Positions 39,797 to 49,909 of a DNA stretch of 64,000 bases are shown here, in pieces. A program made the position numbers and the translations under genes. The notes under the pieces were generated by a model. That model saw nothing but the letters and a program-made list of their open reading frames with translations. It did no database searches and was not told where the DNA came from. Numbering within the stretch: the stretch's first letter is position 1; each line of letters opens with the position of its first letter. This stretch comes from Myxococcales bacterium UBA1203 (GTDB lineage Bacteria > Myxococcota > Myxococcia > Myxococcales > UBA5297), in NCBI GenBank assembly GCA_002309695.1, contig DBXV01000025.1:154032-218031 (forward strand), written 5' to 3'.

Positions 39797-40187
39797 GACG
39801 TCCACTTTCGTTGCGGGGCGGCAGGAAAACCGACCGGCGGCATTCAATCCGCTGCCTAAGGCTGGCGGGAAACCTTCTGGAGCTCGTGTCAAGGATGGGA
39901 GGAGACGCCTCCCGGCACACACCGGGGAAATCCCACGGGGGCATAAATGAGCGGCGGCGCGCCTTAGTCGAAGACCTTCATGAAGTCAACGTCTTTTTTG
40001 GCTTCTTTTGACGATTTTTGAGGCGGCGGCTTGCCACCCCCCGGCGAGTGCTTAGCCTGCCGCCGCTTTTCGCCGGAGGACTGTGCGCCGCTGCCCCGCC
40101 TGCCGCCGAAAATGGCCTCTTTGAGTGCATCCCGCGCTCCGCGCCGCCTCACTTCACAGGCGGCGCTTTTGTGAAGGGAGTTTCACC

Positions 40188-40718
40188 GTGTTCAAAGGCA
40201 CCACGATTCTCTGCGTCCGGAAGAACGGCCACGTCTGCATGGCCGGCGACGGACAGGTCACCATGGACAACCGCATCGTCCTCAAAAAGACCGCGCGCAA
40301 AGTCCGGCGGCTCGCCGGAGGCAAAGTCATCGCCGGTTTTGCCGGGTCCACGGCCGACGCGTTCACCCTGTTCGAGCGCTTTGAGGAGCAGCTTGCCGCC
40401 CATCAGAACAACCTCTCCCGCGCGGCTGTTGAGCTGGCCAAGCTGTGGCGGACGGACAAGTTCCTGCGGAAGCTCGAAGCCATCCTGATTGTCGCCGACC
40501 CGGACAAAACGCTGGTGCTCACGGGTGCCGGAGATGTGGTCGAGCCGGACGGCGGCGTCATCGCGATTGGCAGCGGCGGCTGCTACGCCCAGTCGGCGGC
40601 TCTGGCGCTGGCCGAAAACACCGAGATGAGTGCCCGCGCCATTGCCGAGGCGGCCATGAAAATCGCGGGGGACATCTGCGTCTTCACCAATGACCACGTC
40701 ACTTACGAGGAGTTCTGA
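40188..40718 (+). CDS. hslV: ATP-dependent protease subunit HslV
   Basis: GTG 40188 follows AAGGGA and gives [25 protein letters not shown] (catalytic Thr after a 4-residue leader). Confidence 0.85.
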   Translation: MFKGTTILCVRKNGHVCMAGDGQVTMDNRIVLKKTARKVRRLAGGKVIAGFAGSTADAFTLFERFEEQLAAHQNNLSRAAVELAKLWRTDKFLRKLEAILIVADPDKTLVLTGAGDVVEPDGGVIAIGSGGCYAQSAALALAENTEMSARAIAEAAMKIAGDICVFTNDHVTYEEF

Positions 40719-40784
40719 CAGGACGCTCCGCCCGACCTCTCCCCTCTCCTTTCGCTCCTTCCAATCCATCCAGCGAGGTACCCC

Positions 40785-42119
40785 GTGTCTCAAAATCTCA
40801 CGCCACGCCAAATCGTCGCCGAGCTCGACCGCCACATCGTCGGCCAGGCCAAAGCCAAGCGCGCCGTCGCCATTGCCCTGAGGAACAGAATCCGGCGCGA
40901 ACTCGTCCCCGGCGACCTCCGGGAAGAAATCGTCCCCAAGAACATCATTATGATTGGCCCCACAGGCGTGGGGAAAACGGAGATTGCCCGGCGGCTGGCC
41001 CGGCTGTGCGACGCGCCGTTCGTCAAGGTGGAGGCCAGCAAGTTCACCGAGGTCGGCTACGTGGGCCGGGACGTGGACGCCATGATTCGCGACCTGGTCG
41101 AGAACGCCATTCACATGGTCCGCGAAGAAGAGGCCGAGACCGTCCGCGCCAAGGCCCGCGATGTGGCCGAAGAGCGGCTGCTGGACCTCATCGCCAAGTC
41201 CTCCGACTTCGTGCCTCCGGGTGAAAAGCCTGACCGCCAGCGTCTGCGCGCCCAGCTGCGCGCCGGGACCTTCGACGACGGCGACATCAGCATTCAGGTG
41301 CAGGAGGCGCGGAGCGGCAACCCCCCGTCCTTCATGGCGGCCCTCAGCGGGCAGAGCATGGACGACATCTCGGGCCAGCTGGAAAGCCTCTTCAGCGGCT
41401 TCATGCCCACGCAGAAGCGCGAGCAGAAAATGAAGGTGAAGGACGCGCTGAAGACGCTGACCGATGAGGAGGCCGCGCGCCTGGTTGACATGGACAAGGT
41501 GCGCCGGGAGGCCATTCAGCGGGCCGAACAGCGGGGCATCATTTTCATCGACGAAATCGACAAGGTCGCCGGGCGGGGCGCTGAAAGCCGGGGGCCCGAT
41601 GTGTCCAGAGAAGGCGTCCAGCGGGACATTCTGCCCATCGTCGAAGGCTCCACTGTCACCACCAAGTACGGTCCGGTGAAGACGCACCACATTCTGTTCA
41701 TCGCCGCCGGTGCCTTCCACGTCTCCAAGCCCAGCGACCTGATTCCCGAGCTTCAGGGGCGCTTTCCCATCCGCGTGGAACTCTCGCCCCTCTCGCGCGA
41801 GGACATGTTCCGCATCCTCACCGAGCCAAAAAACTCGCTGGTCCGCCAATACACGGCGCTTCTGGAGACAGAGGGCGTGAAGGTCGAAATCCGAAACGAG
41901 GCCATCGACGAAATCGCCGCCGTGGCGCAGGCCGTCAATGAGCGGACCGAAAACATCGGCGCCCGGCGGCTGCACACGATTCTCGAACGGCTGCTGGACG
42001 AGCTGTCCTTCGAGGCGCCCGAGATGAAGGACGCGCACGTCGTCATCGACAGGGACTACGTGAAGCAGCGCCTGGCCGACGTCGTTCAGGACGAAGACCT
42101 GTCCCGTTTCATTCTCTGA
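40785..42119 (+). CDS. hslU: ATP-dependent protease ATPase subunit HslU
   Basis: [31 protein letters not shown] and Walker [16 protein letters not shown]. Confidence 0.95.
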   Translation: MSQNLTPRQIVAELDRHIVGQAKAKRAVAIALRNRIRRELVPGDLREEIVPKNIIMIGPTGVGKTEIARRLARLCDAPFVKVEASKFTEVGYVGRDVDAMIRDLVENAIHMVREEEAETVRAKARDVAEERLLDLIAKSSDFVPPGEKPDRQRLRAQLRAGTFDDGDISIQVQEARSGNPPSFMAALSGQSMDDISGQLESLFSGFMPTQKREQKMKVKDALKTLTDEEAARLVDMDKVRREAIQRAEQRGIIFIDEIDKVAGRGAESRGPDVSREGVQRDILPIVEGSTVTTKYGPVKTHHILFIAAGAFHVSKPSDLIPELQGRFPIRVELSPLSREDMFRILTEPKNSLVRQYTALLETEGVKVEIRNEAIDEIAAVAQAVNERTENIGARRLHTILERLLDELSFEAPEMKDAHVVIDRDYVKQRLADVVQDEDLSRFIL

Positions 42120-42135
42120 CCACATCGGAGCAGCC

Positions 42136-42930
42136 ATGACCGCCGCCATGAAATTTATCGACGCGCACACGCACACCTTTCTCCGCGGGCCCGAGGACCT
42201 GGAGCGCATGGGAAACGCCGGGACCGTCTGCGCCGTTGTCTGCGCTTTTCTGCCGGTTCAGCCCACGTGCGCGGGCACGCTGCTGGACCTGTTCGCCTGG
42301 CTGGACACGGTCGAGCGGGAGAGGCTGGAAAAGAGAGGCATCCGGGAAATTCTGGCAGTCGGCATCCATCCCCGGTGCATCCCGCCCGCTCCCGACACGG
42401 CGCCCGTCATCGAACGCGTGAAGGCGATGCTCCAAAGTGGCCGCGCCGGTGCCGTCGGCGAAATCGGCCTTGAAAAAGGCACTGACGCTGAGCGCGGCAT
42501 CCTTCTGGAGCAGCTGCGCCTCGCGGCTGAGCTGTCCGTTCCCGCCGTCGTCCACACGCCCCGGACCAACAAGGAGGCCATGGTTCAGGAAACGCTGCGC
42601 ATCATTGACGAGAGCGGCATCGCCGATGAGCTGGTCATTCTGGATCATCTGACGCCGGCCATCGTCCGCGCGCTCGACGCGAAGGGGCGCACCTTCCGCA
42701 TGGGTCTGACGCTGCAGCCGGGGAAGACGACGCCAGAGGAGGTGAATGCGCTTCTGGATGAGCGCGGGCCGGAGCGGCTTCATCTGGACAGCGACCTGTC
42801 ACACATGCCGTCTCAGCCCGACGCTGTGGCAGAGGCCGCCCGCCGTCTGACTGAGCTGGGCGCTCAGCGCGGCGACATCGAAAAACTGACGTTTTCCAAT
42901 GCGGCGTCAGCTCTGCGCGCGGCTCTCTGA
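42136..42930 (+). CDS. TatD-family metal-dependent hydrolase
   Basis: MKFIDAHTHTF (HxH metal motif) and conserved GEIGLE. Confidence 0.7.
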   Translation: MTAAMKFIDAHTHTFLRGPEDLERMGNAGTVCAVVCAFLPVQPTCAGTLLDLFAWLDTVERERLEKRGIREILAVGIHPRCIPPAPDTAPVIERVKAMLQSGRAGAVGEIGLEKGTDAERGILLEQLRLAAELSVPAVVHTPRTNKEAMVQETLRIIDESGIADELVILDHLTPAIVRALDAKGRTFRMGLTLQPGKTTPEEVNALLDERGPERLHLDSDLSHMPSQPDAVAEAARRLTELGAQRGDIEKLTFSNAASALRAAL

Positions 42931-43029
42931 AAAAAAGCCGCGCCCCCCTTCCGAAAAAAATGGCCCTGACTTAAGGGCCGCCGTCTTTTTTCCGAGACAT
43001 TTGCTCATTTGCCGGAGGCGAAATTCGAC

Positions 43030-43533
43030 ATGGCTGAAACGCAGAACACCACAGGGCTGTACAGCGGGCTGACCGTCGGCAGCGAAATCGACGCGAAGTG
43101 CTCGAAATGCAAACAGGACCTGATGCACACCATCACCGAGATGACCGACGACGGGAAACCCAAGCGCGTCCGCTGCCTGACCTGCGGCGGCGAGCACGTC
43201 TTCCGGAAGACGGCGGCTCAGAAGGCGGCTGAGGCGGCAGAGAAGAAAAGGGCGGCCGAGGCCAAAAAAGCCAGGCTGGCCAAGAAGGCCAAATCCGGCG
43301 GCAGGGGCGACATCCCTGAATTCGCCGTTCTGGCTGACGGCAAGCGCATCGACGCGCCGCGCCTCTATTCGATGACGGAGCATTTCGCGGTGGGCGAAAT
43401 CATCGAACACCCGGTCTTCGGCATCGGCATCGTCGCCGTCGTGCGTGGCACGGACAAAATGGACGTGGCCTTTGAGAAGAGCGGAGCGCGCACGCTCCTG
43501 CACAACCGCATCCTGCCCGGCAAAATCGGCTGA
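43030..43533 (+). CDS. Hypothetical zinc-ribbon protein with a Lys/Ala-rich linker
   Basis: CSKC...17 residues...CLTCG. ATG 43030 follows GGAGG. The C-terminal domain is unassigned. Confidence 0.55.
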   Translation: MAETQNTTGLYSGLTVGSEIDAKCSKCKQDLMHTITEMTDDGKPKRVRCLTCGGEHVFRKTAAQKAAEAAEKKRAAEAKKARLAKKAKSGGRGDIPEFAVLADGKRIDAPRLYSMTEHFAVGEIIEHPVFGIGIVAVVRGTDKMDVAFEKSGARTLLHNRILPGKIG

Positions 43534-43585
43534 TGCCTGAGTGTCCCGGCGCATCCCCCACCCCATGTCGGAAGCGCCGCTGAAA

Positions 43586-43630
43586 CAAAAAAGCCCCGCC
43601 GGCCTCTCCTTGAGGCAGCGGGGCTTTTTC
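43586..43630. terminator. Bidirectional rho-independent terminator
   Basis: aaaaaagccccgc-loop-gcggggcttttt between convergent genes. Confidence 0.7.
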
Positions 43631-43704
43631 ATGTCCGGAACATCAGCGCATCTGGCGGCAGCCGGCGTCAGCTCTGCGGCCATCCGCCGCTGCCAAGCGA
43701 TGTC

Positions 43705-45483
43705 CTAAGGCTGAGTACTTCCCAGAATCTCCTCGGCCGTGACGAAGACGGGGCGAATGTCCACGGCAATGCCTTCGAGGGAGTCCAGCGCCCGCTTCAG
43801 GTCAGGCGTCAGGACGGCCATCCGCTCAAGAATCGCCCGCGCCGCGTCCCGGTCGCCCGTAGCCTGAATCACCAGAAGCCGTCCCAGGAGCTTCGTCACA
43901 GAGGCCTTCATCCGCGCCGCATCGACGGAGAACGTTCCCGCCGGCGTCACCGATACCGCGCCGTCCTCCATGAAGGCCGCCACCTGCATGGCCATGGACC
44001 TGGCGTGGGCCTCCTCGATGCCGAAGCGGAGCGTCCGGAAGGATGAGGCGAGATACGTGGCGTAAAGCCTGGCCTCCAGCGACGCGGGGAACATGTCCGA
44101 AAGCCCCAGCTTTTCGCCGCCGTCGATGAAGCGCTGAACCATAAACAGGCCCATCAGGTCGGCTTTGGCCTCCTCGATGGCGCTGTATGTCTCACCCAGC
44201 TCCTGACGGACCGACGTCTCGCGTCCGTCCTTCTGAATGACCTGCGGCCCCAGGCCGTGGCTCAGCTCGTGGGCCAGGATGTGAAGGAAGAAGGCGTCAA
44301 AATCGACCAGCGCGCGGTCGTCCGCCTCGAGAACGCGGTCGGCGATGGGCAGCAGGATGGCCTCAAACTTGGCCTGCTGGACGTTCTTCATCATCACGCG
44401 CTTGCTGCCCCTGGCGGCCACCACCACCTCGTCGTTGGGCAGGTTGTAGGCCGCCGCCTGAACGCCGTGGCCCGCGTCGCCGGCATTAAAAATCTGATTG
44501 AGCACGGCGATGGGCGCGAGGCCGCCGAGCTCCTTGCGCTTAAACGCGTCGGGCATGGGCAGCGCGCTCTCAATCTCCAGAAGGTGCGCCGTGATGGCCG
44601 ACAGACGGCGGCTCTCCTGATGGTCACGGATGCCCACGTAGGCCTCAAAGGCCGCCTTCAGCCCCATGGCCTCGTCGAGATACGTCTCGTAGGGCCCCAT
44701 CGTCGGGTCCACGTCGCCATTGAGCTCCATCCAGGCCACTTCGCTGGGGCGGTAGTCGTCGCTCAGAAAGGCGTCCGCGCGCATGGCGAGGAACTTTTTC
44801 AGGCCGGGGTCATCCGCCAGCGCCGCTGCCTCACGCAGATGGCCGGCCGCCTCGGTCAAAATGTCCCGGTAGGCCTCGCTGTAAGGAACCACCGTCAGCT
44901 GCCCGGACGAACTGCGCCGAATCACGCTGTAAAAGCCGCGCGCCTTCTCGCGCTCGCTCTCGGACAGCGAATCAAAAAAGGCCGTCAGCTCCTTGGGAGA
45001 GGCATCTTCCGGATAGTAGGCCGCGCCCTTTGGCTTCCGGGCAGGCACACCCTCCATGAAGGCCGTGTAGCCATCGAGCTCAGACCAGGGACCGCGGTTG
45101 ACGACAAAGGCATCCCGGCGCGCCCGGCCCGCGTCGTCGTTCGCCGCGGCATTCAGCCGCTCAGCCAGCGCCTCATTGCCGTCCCACATCTGCCGGTAAA
45201 ACAGCCGGTCCACGGCCTGAGCCGCCCGCAGAATCGGTTTGAGCGCCGCCCTGTCGCCCGCGGACAGCCCCGAAATGTCTGCCTTGAGAGGAACAGCCGC
45301 GTAGCGGGCCGTCTGCGCCTTGAGTTCCTGCACATTGGGAATCGCCATGTTCTGAATCTCCTTCGCCTCAGCCGCCGCCCCCGCGCCTTCCGTCTGGGAC
45401 TTCCCCGAAACCTGGGTTCCCGCGCAGGCACAGGCCAGCGCCAGCAGCGATGCCGCGGCCAGTTTTCCAGCTGTGAATTTCAT
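43705..45483 (-). CDS. Lipoprotein, DPP III (M49)-like zinc metallopeptidase
   Basis: Start at ATG 45483: MKFTAGKLAAASLLALACAC-AG lipobox-like signal. Motifs HELSH and EEAKAD. Confidence 0.65.
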   Translation of the reverse strand: MKFTAGKLAAASLLALACACAGTQVSGKSQTEGAGAAAEAKEIQNMAIPNVQELKAQTARYAAVPLKADISGLSAGDRAALKPILRAAQAVDRLFYRQMWDGNEALAERLNAAANDDAGRARRDAFVVNRGPWSELDGYTAFMEGVPARKPKGAAYYPEDASPKELTAFFDSLSESEREKARGFYSVIRRSSSGQLTVVPYSEAYRDILTEAAGHLREAAALADDPGLKKFLAMRADAFLSDDYRPSEVAWMELNGDVDPTMGPYETYLDEAMGLKAAFEAYVGIRDHQESRRLSAITAHLLEIESALPMPDAFKRKELGGLAPIAVLNQIFNAGDAGHGVQAAAYNLPNDEVVVAARGSKRVMMKNVQQAKFEAILLPIADRVLEADDRALVDFDAFFLHILAHELSHGLGPQVIQKDGRETSVRQELGETYSAIEEAKADLMGLFMVQRFIDGGEKLGLSDMFPASLEARLYATYLASSFRTLRFGIEEAHARSMAMQVAAFMEDGAVSVTPAGTFSVDAARMKASVTKLLGRLLVIQATGDRDAARAILERMAVLTPDLKRALDSLEGIAVDIRPVFVTAEEILGSTQP

Positions 45484-45503
45484 GCGTCGCTCCTCCCCCT
45501 CAG

Positions 45504-46373
45504 TCAGTGCGCCATCTCCAGAAGCGTCCACTCGTCCCTGTCCCGGCGGCGGACCAGCTTCATGCCCTCGCGCTCAAAGGCGGTCAGAACCTCACCGGCC
45601 TGCTCATTGAGAATGCCCGTCAGCATGAGCCGCCCCCCGTCGGCCACGGCGTCCGCCAGCCTCGGGGCGTAGTGACAGAGGACGTTGGCGAAAATGTTGG
45701 CCAGGACCAGATCGAAGCGGCCGCGAATGCGCTCCAGAGGCTTCGTCGTCCACTCCACGCCGTCCACGCCGTTCTTCGCGGCGTTTTCACGGGCGATTTC
45801 CACGGCCTGCGGGTCGATGTCGTTGGCCACGGCGGGACCGCTGCCCAGCTTCCGCGCGGCCATGGCCAAAATTCCCGAGCCGGTGCCCACGTCGAGGACG
45901 CTGCATCCCTCGTGGTTTTTGTCGTCCATCCAGTCGCTGATGGCTTCCATGCACATGGCGGTGGTGGGGTGATCGCCGGTGCCGAAGGCCATGCCCGGGT
46001 CAATCACGAGGCCCACGCAGTCATCCGGCCTGCTGTCCGTCATCCACGAAGGCCCCACCCAGAGGCGGCCGGCGCGCGTGGCACGGACGTCCTTCTTCCA
46101 GCCCTCCGTCCAGTCCTGGTCCTCAACCGTCTCAAAAAAGAGCGCCGCGTCCGGGAAATCCGCCTTCACCAGCTCAGCCGCCTCGCGCGACGCATCCTCG
46201 GTCTCGAACCACAGAACCATGTCGGCCATGCCCTCGGGAAGAGGCTCCACGCCGGGCAGCGGCTTGAGCGAATGATCGCGAATCTCAATGCCGACCTGCT
46301 CCATCTCGCAGGCCAGCGCCTCCAGAACATCCATCCCGCTCTCTGAAATCCTGACGCGCAGTGTGTGGTGCAT
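45504..46373 (-). CDS. prmA: Ribosomal protein L11 methyltransferase
   Basis: IDPGMAFGTGDHPTT and the SAM motif VLDVGTGSGILA. Confidence 0.85.
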   Translation of the reverse strand: MHHTLRVRISESGMDVLEALACEMEQVGIEIRDHSLKPLPGVEPLPEGMADMVLWFETEDASREAAELVKADFPDAALFFETVEDQDWTEGWKKDVRATRAGRLWVGPSWMTDSRPDDCVGLVIDPGMAFGTGDHPTTAMCMEAISDWMDDKNHEGCSVLDVGTGSGILAMAARKLGSGPAVANDIDPQAVEIARENAAKNGVDGVEWTTKPLERIRGRFDLVLANIFANVLCHYAPRLADAVADGGRLMLTGILNEQAGEVLTAFEREGMKLVRRRDRDEWTLLEMAH

Positions 46374-46409
46374 CTGCCTGTCCTTCCTCGAAGTGCGCCG
46401 CGGCTTGTT

Positions 46410-47297
46410 TCAGTGCTTCCGGTCAATCATGGCCCCGGCGAGCGCATCCAGATGCGCCGCCGCCGGCAGCCAGGGAGCGATGAGGGCGCGGGCCTCCTGA
46501 ATTTTGTTTCGGGCCGACTGCCGCGTCGCCTCGACGCCAATCAGACGCGGATACGTGAGCTTGTGCTGCTGGGCGTCGTTGCCCGCGGCCTTGCCCATCA
46601 GCGCGGGATCGCCCTCGACATCGAGAACGTCATCCCACTGCTGGAAGGCGTGGCCCATGAGCCAGCCAATCCGCTGCATGCTGCCGATGACCTCGTCATT
46701 CGCCCCGGCCGCGCAGGCCCCGGCCGCGCACGACAGCGCCAGCAAATCCCCCGTCTTCCGGCGATTGACCTGGTCCAGGAATGCCTCCGTGTCCTCGCGC
46801 TCCGAAACCGTGTCATCGACCTGACCGCCCACCATGCCCCGGGCGCCCGCGTGCCGCGCGAACAGGGCGCACAGCCTGAGCCGAGAGGGTTCATCGCCGC
46901 CGGACACCACGGCAAAGGCCTCGGTCAGAAGCCCGTCGCCCGCCAGAATCGCCGCCGCCTCGCCAAACTTCCGGTGACTGGTGGGCATCCCGCGCCGGAA
47001 GTCGTCGTTGTCCATGGCCGGCAGGTCGTCGTGAATCAGCGAGTAGGTGTGAATCATTTCGATGGCCACGGCGGCATCCGTCACCACCCGCTCGCGCCCC
47101 GACGCCCCAAAGGCCTCGGCAGCAGCCACGACGAGAAGCGGACGCAGGCGCTTGCCGCCCGCGAGAAGGCTGTAGGCCATCGACTCGGCCAAAAGTTCGG
47201 GAACCTGCCCGCGATAGCTGTCCAGCATCGAGCGCAGCGCGCCCTCGACGCGCTGCCGGGTCCCGTCCATCCAGCTCTGAAAATTGTCTGTCATCAT
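46410..47297 (-). CDS. ispA: Polyprenyl diphosphate synthase (FPP/GGPP synthase, IspA-like)
   Basis: First Asp-rich motif LIHDDLPAMDNDDFRRG, second WDDVLD. Start at ATG 47297 or 47294. Confidence 0.85.
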   Translation of the reverse strand: MMTDNFQSWMDGTRQRVEGALRSMLDSYRGQVPELLAESMAYSLLAGGKRLRPLLVVAAAEAFGASGRERVVTDAAVAIEMIHTYSLIHDDLPAMDNDDFRRGMPTSHRKFGEAAAILAGDGLLTEAFAVVSGGDEPSRLRLCALFARHAGARGMVGGQVDDTVSEREDTEAFLDQVNRRKTGDLLALSCAAGACAAGANDEVIGSMQRIGWLMGHAFQQWDDVLDVEGDPALMGKAAGNDAQQHKLTYPRLIGVEATRQSARNKIQEARALIAPWLPAAAHLDALAGAMIDRKH

Positions 47298-47408
47298 CTG
47301 TCCTCTGAAAGTGAAAGCGGCGCCAAAGCTCCGGGCCTCAGGCCGCGCAGAAAATCTCTCCGGCGCGTTCATTCCCCAGCCGCGAAAAATGACGGCTGCC
47401 ATCCGGCC

Positions 47409-47867
47409 CTACTCAGATGAGGGCAGGGTCAGCGCGTCGATGCGGCGGACGAGCACATCGAGGTCGAGCGGCTTCACGAAATAATCGTCGGCGCCCGCAT
47501 CCATCCCGCGGCGGACATCCGACTCCGCGCAGCTGGCCGACAGCAGAATCACCGCGATGTCGCTCAGGTCGGAACTCTGCTTGATGGAGCGGCACAGGTC
47601 GAAGCAGCTGATCCAGCCGATGTCGGCGTCCAGCAGCACCAGATCAGGGTGATCCACCTGGAGGCTGCCGATGAGCCGCAGCCCGTTGGAGGCCTCAATT
47701 ACATCGAAGCCTTCCGCGCTCAGCGCCAGCCGCAGCATCGCCCGGACGGAAACGTCATCGTCCACGATGAGGACCCTGCACCTGCCGCGCTCCTCGTCAG
47801 CGCCGGAGGCCGCAGCCCGCGCCGAAAGCCTGTCGTTCACCTCAGGCATGTCGTCAGGCACCGTCAT
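47409..47867 (-). CDS. Single-domain (CheY-like) response regulator
   Basis: VLIVDDD, LVLLDADI (phospho-acceptor Asp), ILLSAS, FVKP (conserved Lys). Start is ambiguous (47867 with GAGG upstream, or 47849 or 47900). Confidence 0.75.
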   Translation of the reverse strand: MTVPDDMPEVNDRLSARAAASGADEERGRCRVLIVDDDVSVRAMLRLALSAEGFDVIEASNGLRLIGSLQVDHPDLVLLDADIGWISCFDLCRSIKQSSDLSDIAVILLSASCAESDVRRGMDAGADDYFVKPLDLDVLVRRIDALTLPSSE

Positions 47868-48168
47868 CCGGCGCCTCGCCGCTCTCTTCGTCCGGCGCAT
47901 CAGACTCAGCGTCCGGCTCCGCCAGCTCGTCCGCCGGCTGCACCGTCAGACGCCCGTCCCTTGAAGCCAGCAGGACCTCCACGCGCTTTTCGGCCTCGTT
48001 CAGCCGGTTCTCGCTCTCGCGGGCCAGCGCCACGCCTTCCTCGAAGGCCTCCAGCGATTCCTCAAGCGTCAGTCCCCCGCCCTCCAGCCTGCCGACAATC
48101 TCTTCGAGGCGCGCCGAAAGGGCCTCGTAGCTCTGCCGCCCCAGATTCTTTTCCGTCTTTCTGGCCAA
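47854..48168 (-). CDS. xseB: Exodeoxyribonuclease VII small subunit
   Basis: SYEALSARLEEIVGRLEGGGLTLEESLEAFEEGVALARESENRL. Acidic C-terminal extension. Confidence 0.8.
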   Translation of the reverse strand: MARKTEKNLGRQSYEALSARLEEIVGRLEGGGLTLEESLEAFEEGVALARESENRLNEAEKRVEVLLASRDGRLTVQPADELAEPDAESDAPDEESGEAPDDGA

Positions 48169-48254
48169 TTCATCCGACTCCGAGGCACCCTGTTTTTCCT
48201 CTCAGGGACGCCATCCGAAACACCCGCCTTCGAGCCCTGCCGCCGCGATTCGCG

Positions 48255-48998
48255 TCACCGGCGCACCGGAGGAGGAGGCGCCCGGAAGGGCTGCTGGAGG
48301 ACCGACTCCTGGAATTTCTTGGCCAGCTCCGGTTCGAGAATGCGCTCCACCTCGGAATTGAGCTCGTTGCGCATCGTCTTGATGCGCTCCCGCTGCTCTT
48401 CCCGGTTCTGCATTCCGCTGCCCGACATCATGGCGTCGAAGAATTCCCGGTTCTTCGCCGAGTCCTCTTCGAGAACACGCCGCAGCTCCTGAGCGTCAGA
48501 GGAAGAAACGCCATTCGCGGCCACGAATTCGTCCATGGCATTCAGCCGGTCCTGCTCCATCTGCTCGCGGAACTGCTTCATCCGCTCATGCCGCATCTCG
48601 CGCTGGGCCGTCTCCACGGCGGACTTGAACTCGGGGCTCTGCGGGTCGGGCGCGTAGTTCTGCCGGGAGCGCTCCATCTTCTGCATCTGCCCTTTGAGCT
48701 CGGCGATCTGGTTCCTCAGCGCCTGAACATCGGCCGCGCTGCCGGCGGCAGAAGGCGCGGTCACTGCCGACGGAGCTGCCGGAATGGCCGCGTTTCCCTG
48801 AGCGGAAGAGACGGCGGACAGGCGGTCCTCAAGCTTGGCGGCGGAAGCCTCCAGCGCGTCCACCCGATCGCGCAGCGCGTACAAATCGGATGACCTCAAA
48901 ACATCGCTGGGCATCTCCGGCGCACCGCGGCCCATCAGAGAGACGGCAAAAGCGGCGGCGGCAAGTGCGATGGCAATCAGGGGAAGAGCGCGGTTCAT
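48255..48998 (-). CDS. Hypothetical exported coiled-coil protein
   Basis: MNRALPLIAIALAAAAFAVSL signal or anchor, then heptad-like Glu/Arg/Gln-rich sequence. Confidence 0.55.
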   Translation of the reverse strand: MNRALPLIAIALAAAAFAVSLMGRGAPEMPSDVLRSSDLYALRDRVDALEASAAKLEDRLSAVSSAQGNAAIPAAPSAVTAPSAAGSAADVQALRNQIAELKGQMQKMERSRQNYAPDPQSPEFKSAVETAQREMRHERMKQFREQMEQDRLNAMDEFVAANGVSSSDAQELRRVLEEDSAKNREFFDAMMSGSGMQNREEQRERIKTMRNELNSEVERILEPELAKKFQESVLQQPFRAPPPPVRR

Positions 48999-49399
48999 GA
49001 CTGGCCTCGGGAAAAAGTGGGGAATCCCCAAAAGAAAAAAGCCCTCGGAGCCGGGGGCGGCGCGGTGAAGGCAAAAAAACGCGCCGATTGCAAGCAGGGG
49101 GACCCGACGCGGGCCGGCGGCGCCCAGACCTGCATCTTTCAGTCATTATATGCGCATGAAAATTCCCGCCGAACGCATCCTTTTCCCGGCTGAGACGCCG
49201 ACAGGGCTCTCCGCGCGGCTTCCGCCTGAGCTCCCCCCGGAAAATTCTTAAAAACATCGTGATTTCAATGGGTTATTTTGTTCCGTCGCATTTGCGTTTT
49301 TCGGAATGAACCACTAGAAGCCCGCGCCGCAAAGGTGAGGGAGACGCGTGGACGGCGCCCCTTCACGAACTGCAAATTCAACAACAAGGAGTCCGTTTT

Positions 49400-49909
49400 A
49401 TGCGTGAAAATTCCAAGAACAGAGAGTCCCGGCGCCAGCTCATTCAGAACATTCTCGAAGACAGCGTCATCACCAGCCAGAAGGACCTGCTTCGCGCGCT
49501 CTCGGGACACGGCATCTCTGTCAACCAGTCCAGCATCTCCCGCGACCTCCAGGAGATGCACGTGGTCAAGCGCAGCGGCCGCTACATCGTCAGCGACACC
49601 GAAGAGCGGGAGACGACGGCGGACCTGAAGGAAGTCATCGGCAGAGTCCGCAGCGTCCATACGGCCGGGGCCAACCTTCTCGTTCTGCACACCACTCAGG
49701 GTATGGCGCCCGCCGTCGGCTTCGCTCTCGACAAAGCCAGCTGGCCGGAAGTTCTGGGGACCATCTCCGGCGACGACACGCTGTTTCTGGCCACAGCCAG
49801 CCGCCGCGAGCAGCTCATCATCAATGAGCGTCTGGAACAGGCCGGCGTTCCCTGCTTCAACAGCGCTTCCAGCTCAAACGCCCAGGCCGGTGCCCGGGAA
49901 AACCGCTGA
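49400..49909 (+). CDS. argR: Arginine repressor
   Basis: RRQLIQNILEDSVITSQKDLLRALSGHGISVNQSSISRDLQEM (winged helix). C-terminal GTISGDDTLFL. Confidence 0.85.
   Translation: MRENSKNRESRRQLIQNILEDSVITSQKDLLRALSGHGISVNQSSISRDLQEMHVVKRSGRYIVSDTEERETTADLKEVIGRVRSVHTAGANLLVLHTTQGMAPAVGFALDKASWPEVLGTISGDDTLFLATASRREQLIINERLEQAGVPCFNSASSSNAQAGARENR

Noticed and set aside
39964-40152. 62-codon Arg/Lys/Gly-rich ORF between fusA and hslV (minus strand)
   Set aside because: It has a GTG start only, no clear RBS and a low-complexity product, and it lies 35 nt from the divergent hslV start. There is too little evidence to call it a gene.
40149-42209. 686-aa ORF on the minus strand
   Set aside because: It is antisense to the clearly identifiable hslV and hslU genes. 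Its product is low-complexity and Gly/Arg/Val/Asp-rich, as expected for stop-free antisense frames in high-GC DNA.
49032-49399. ARG boxes (ArgR operators) upstream of argR
   Set aside because: Only weak half-site-like strings are present (for example catgaaaattcc near 49155 and tgcaaattcaac near 49371). None forms the TGAAT-N4-ATTCA core, so none is reported as a feature.
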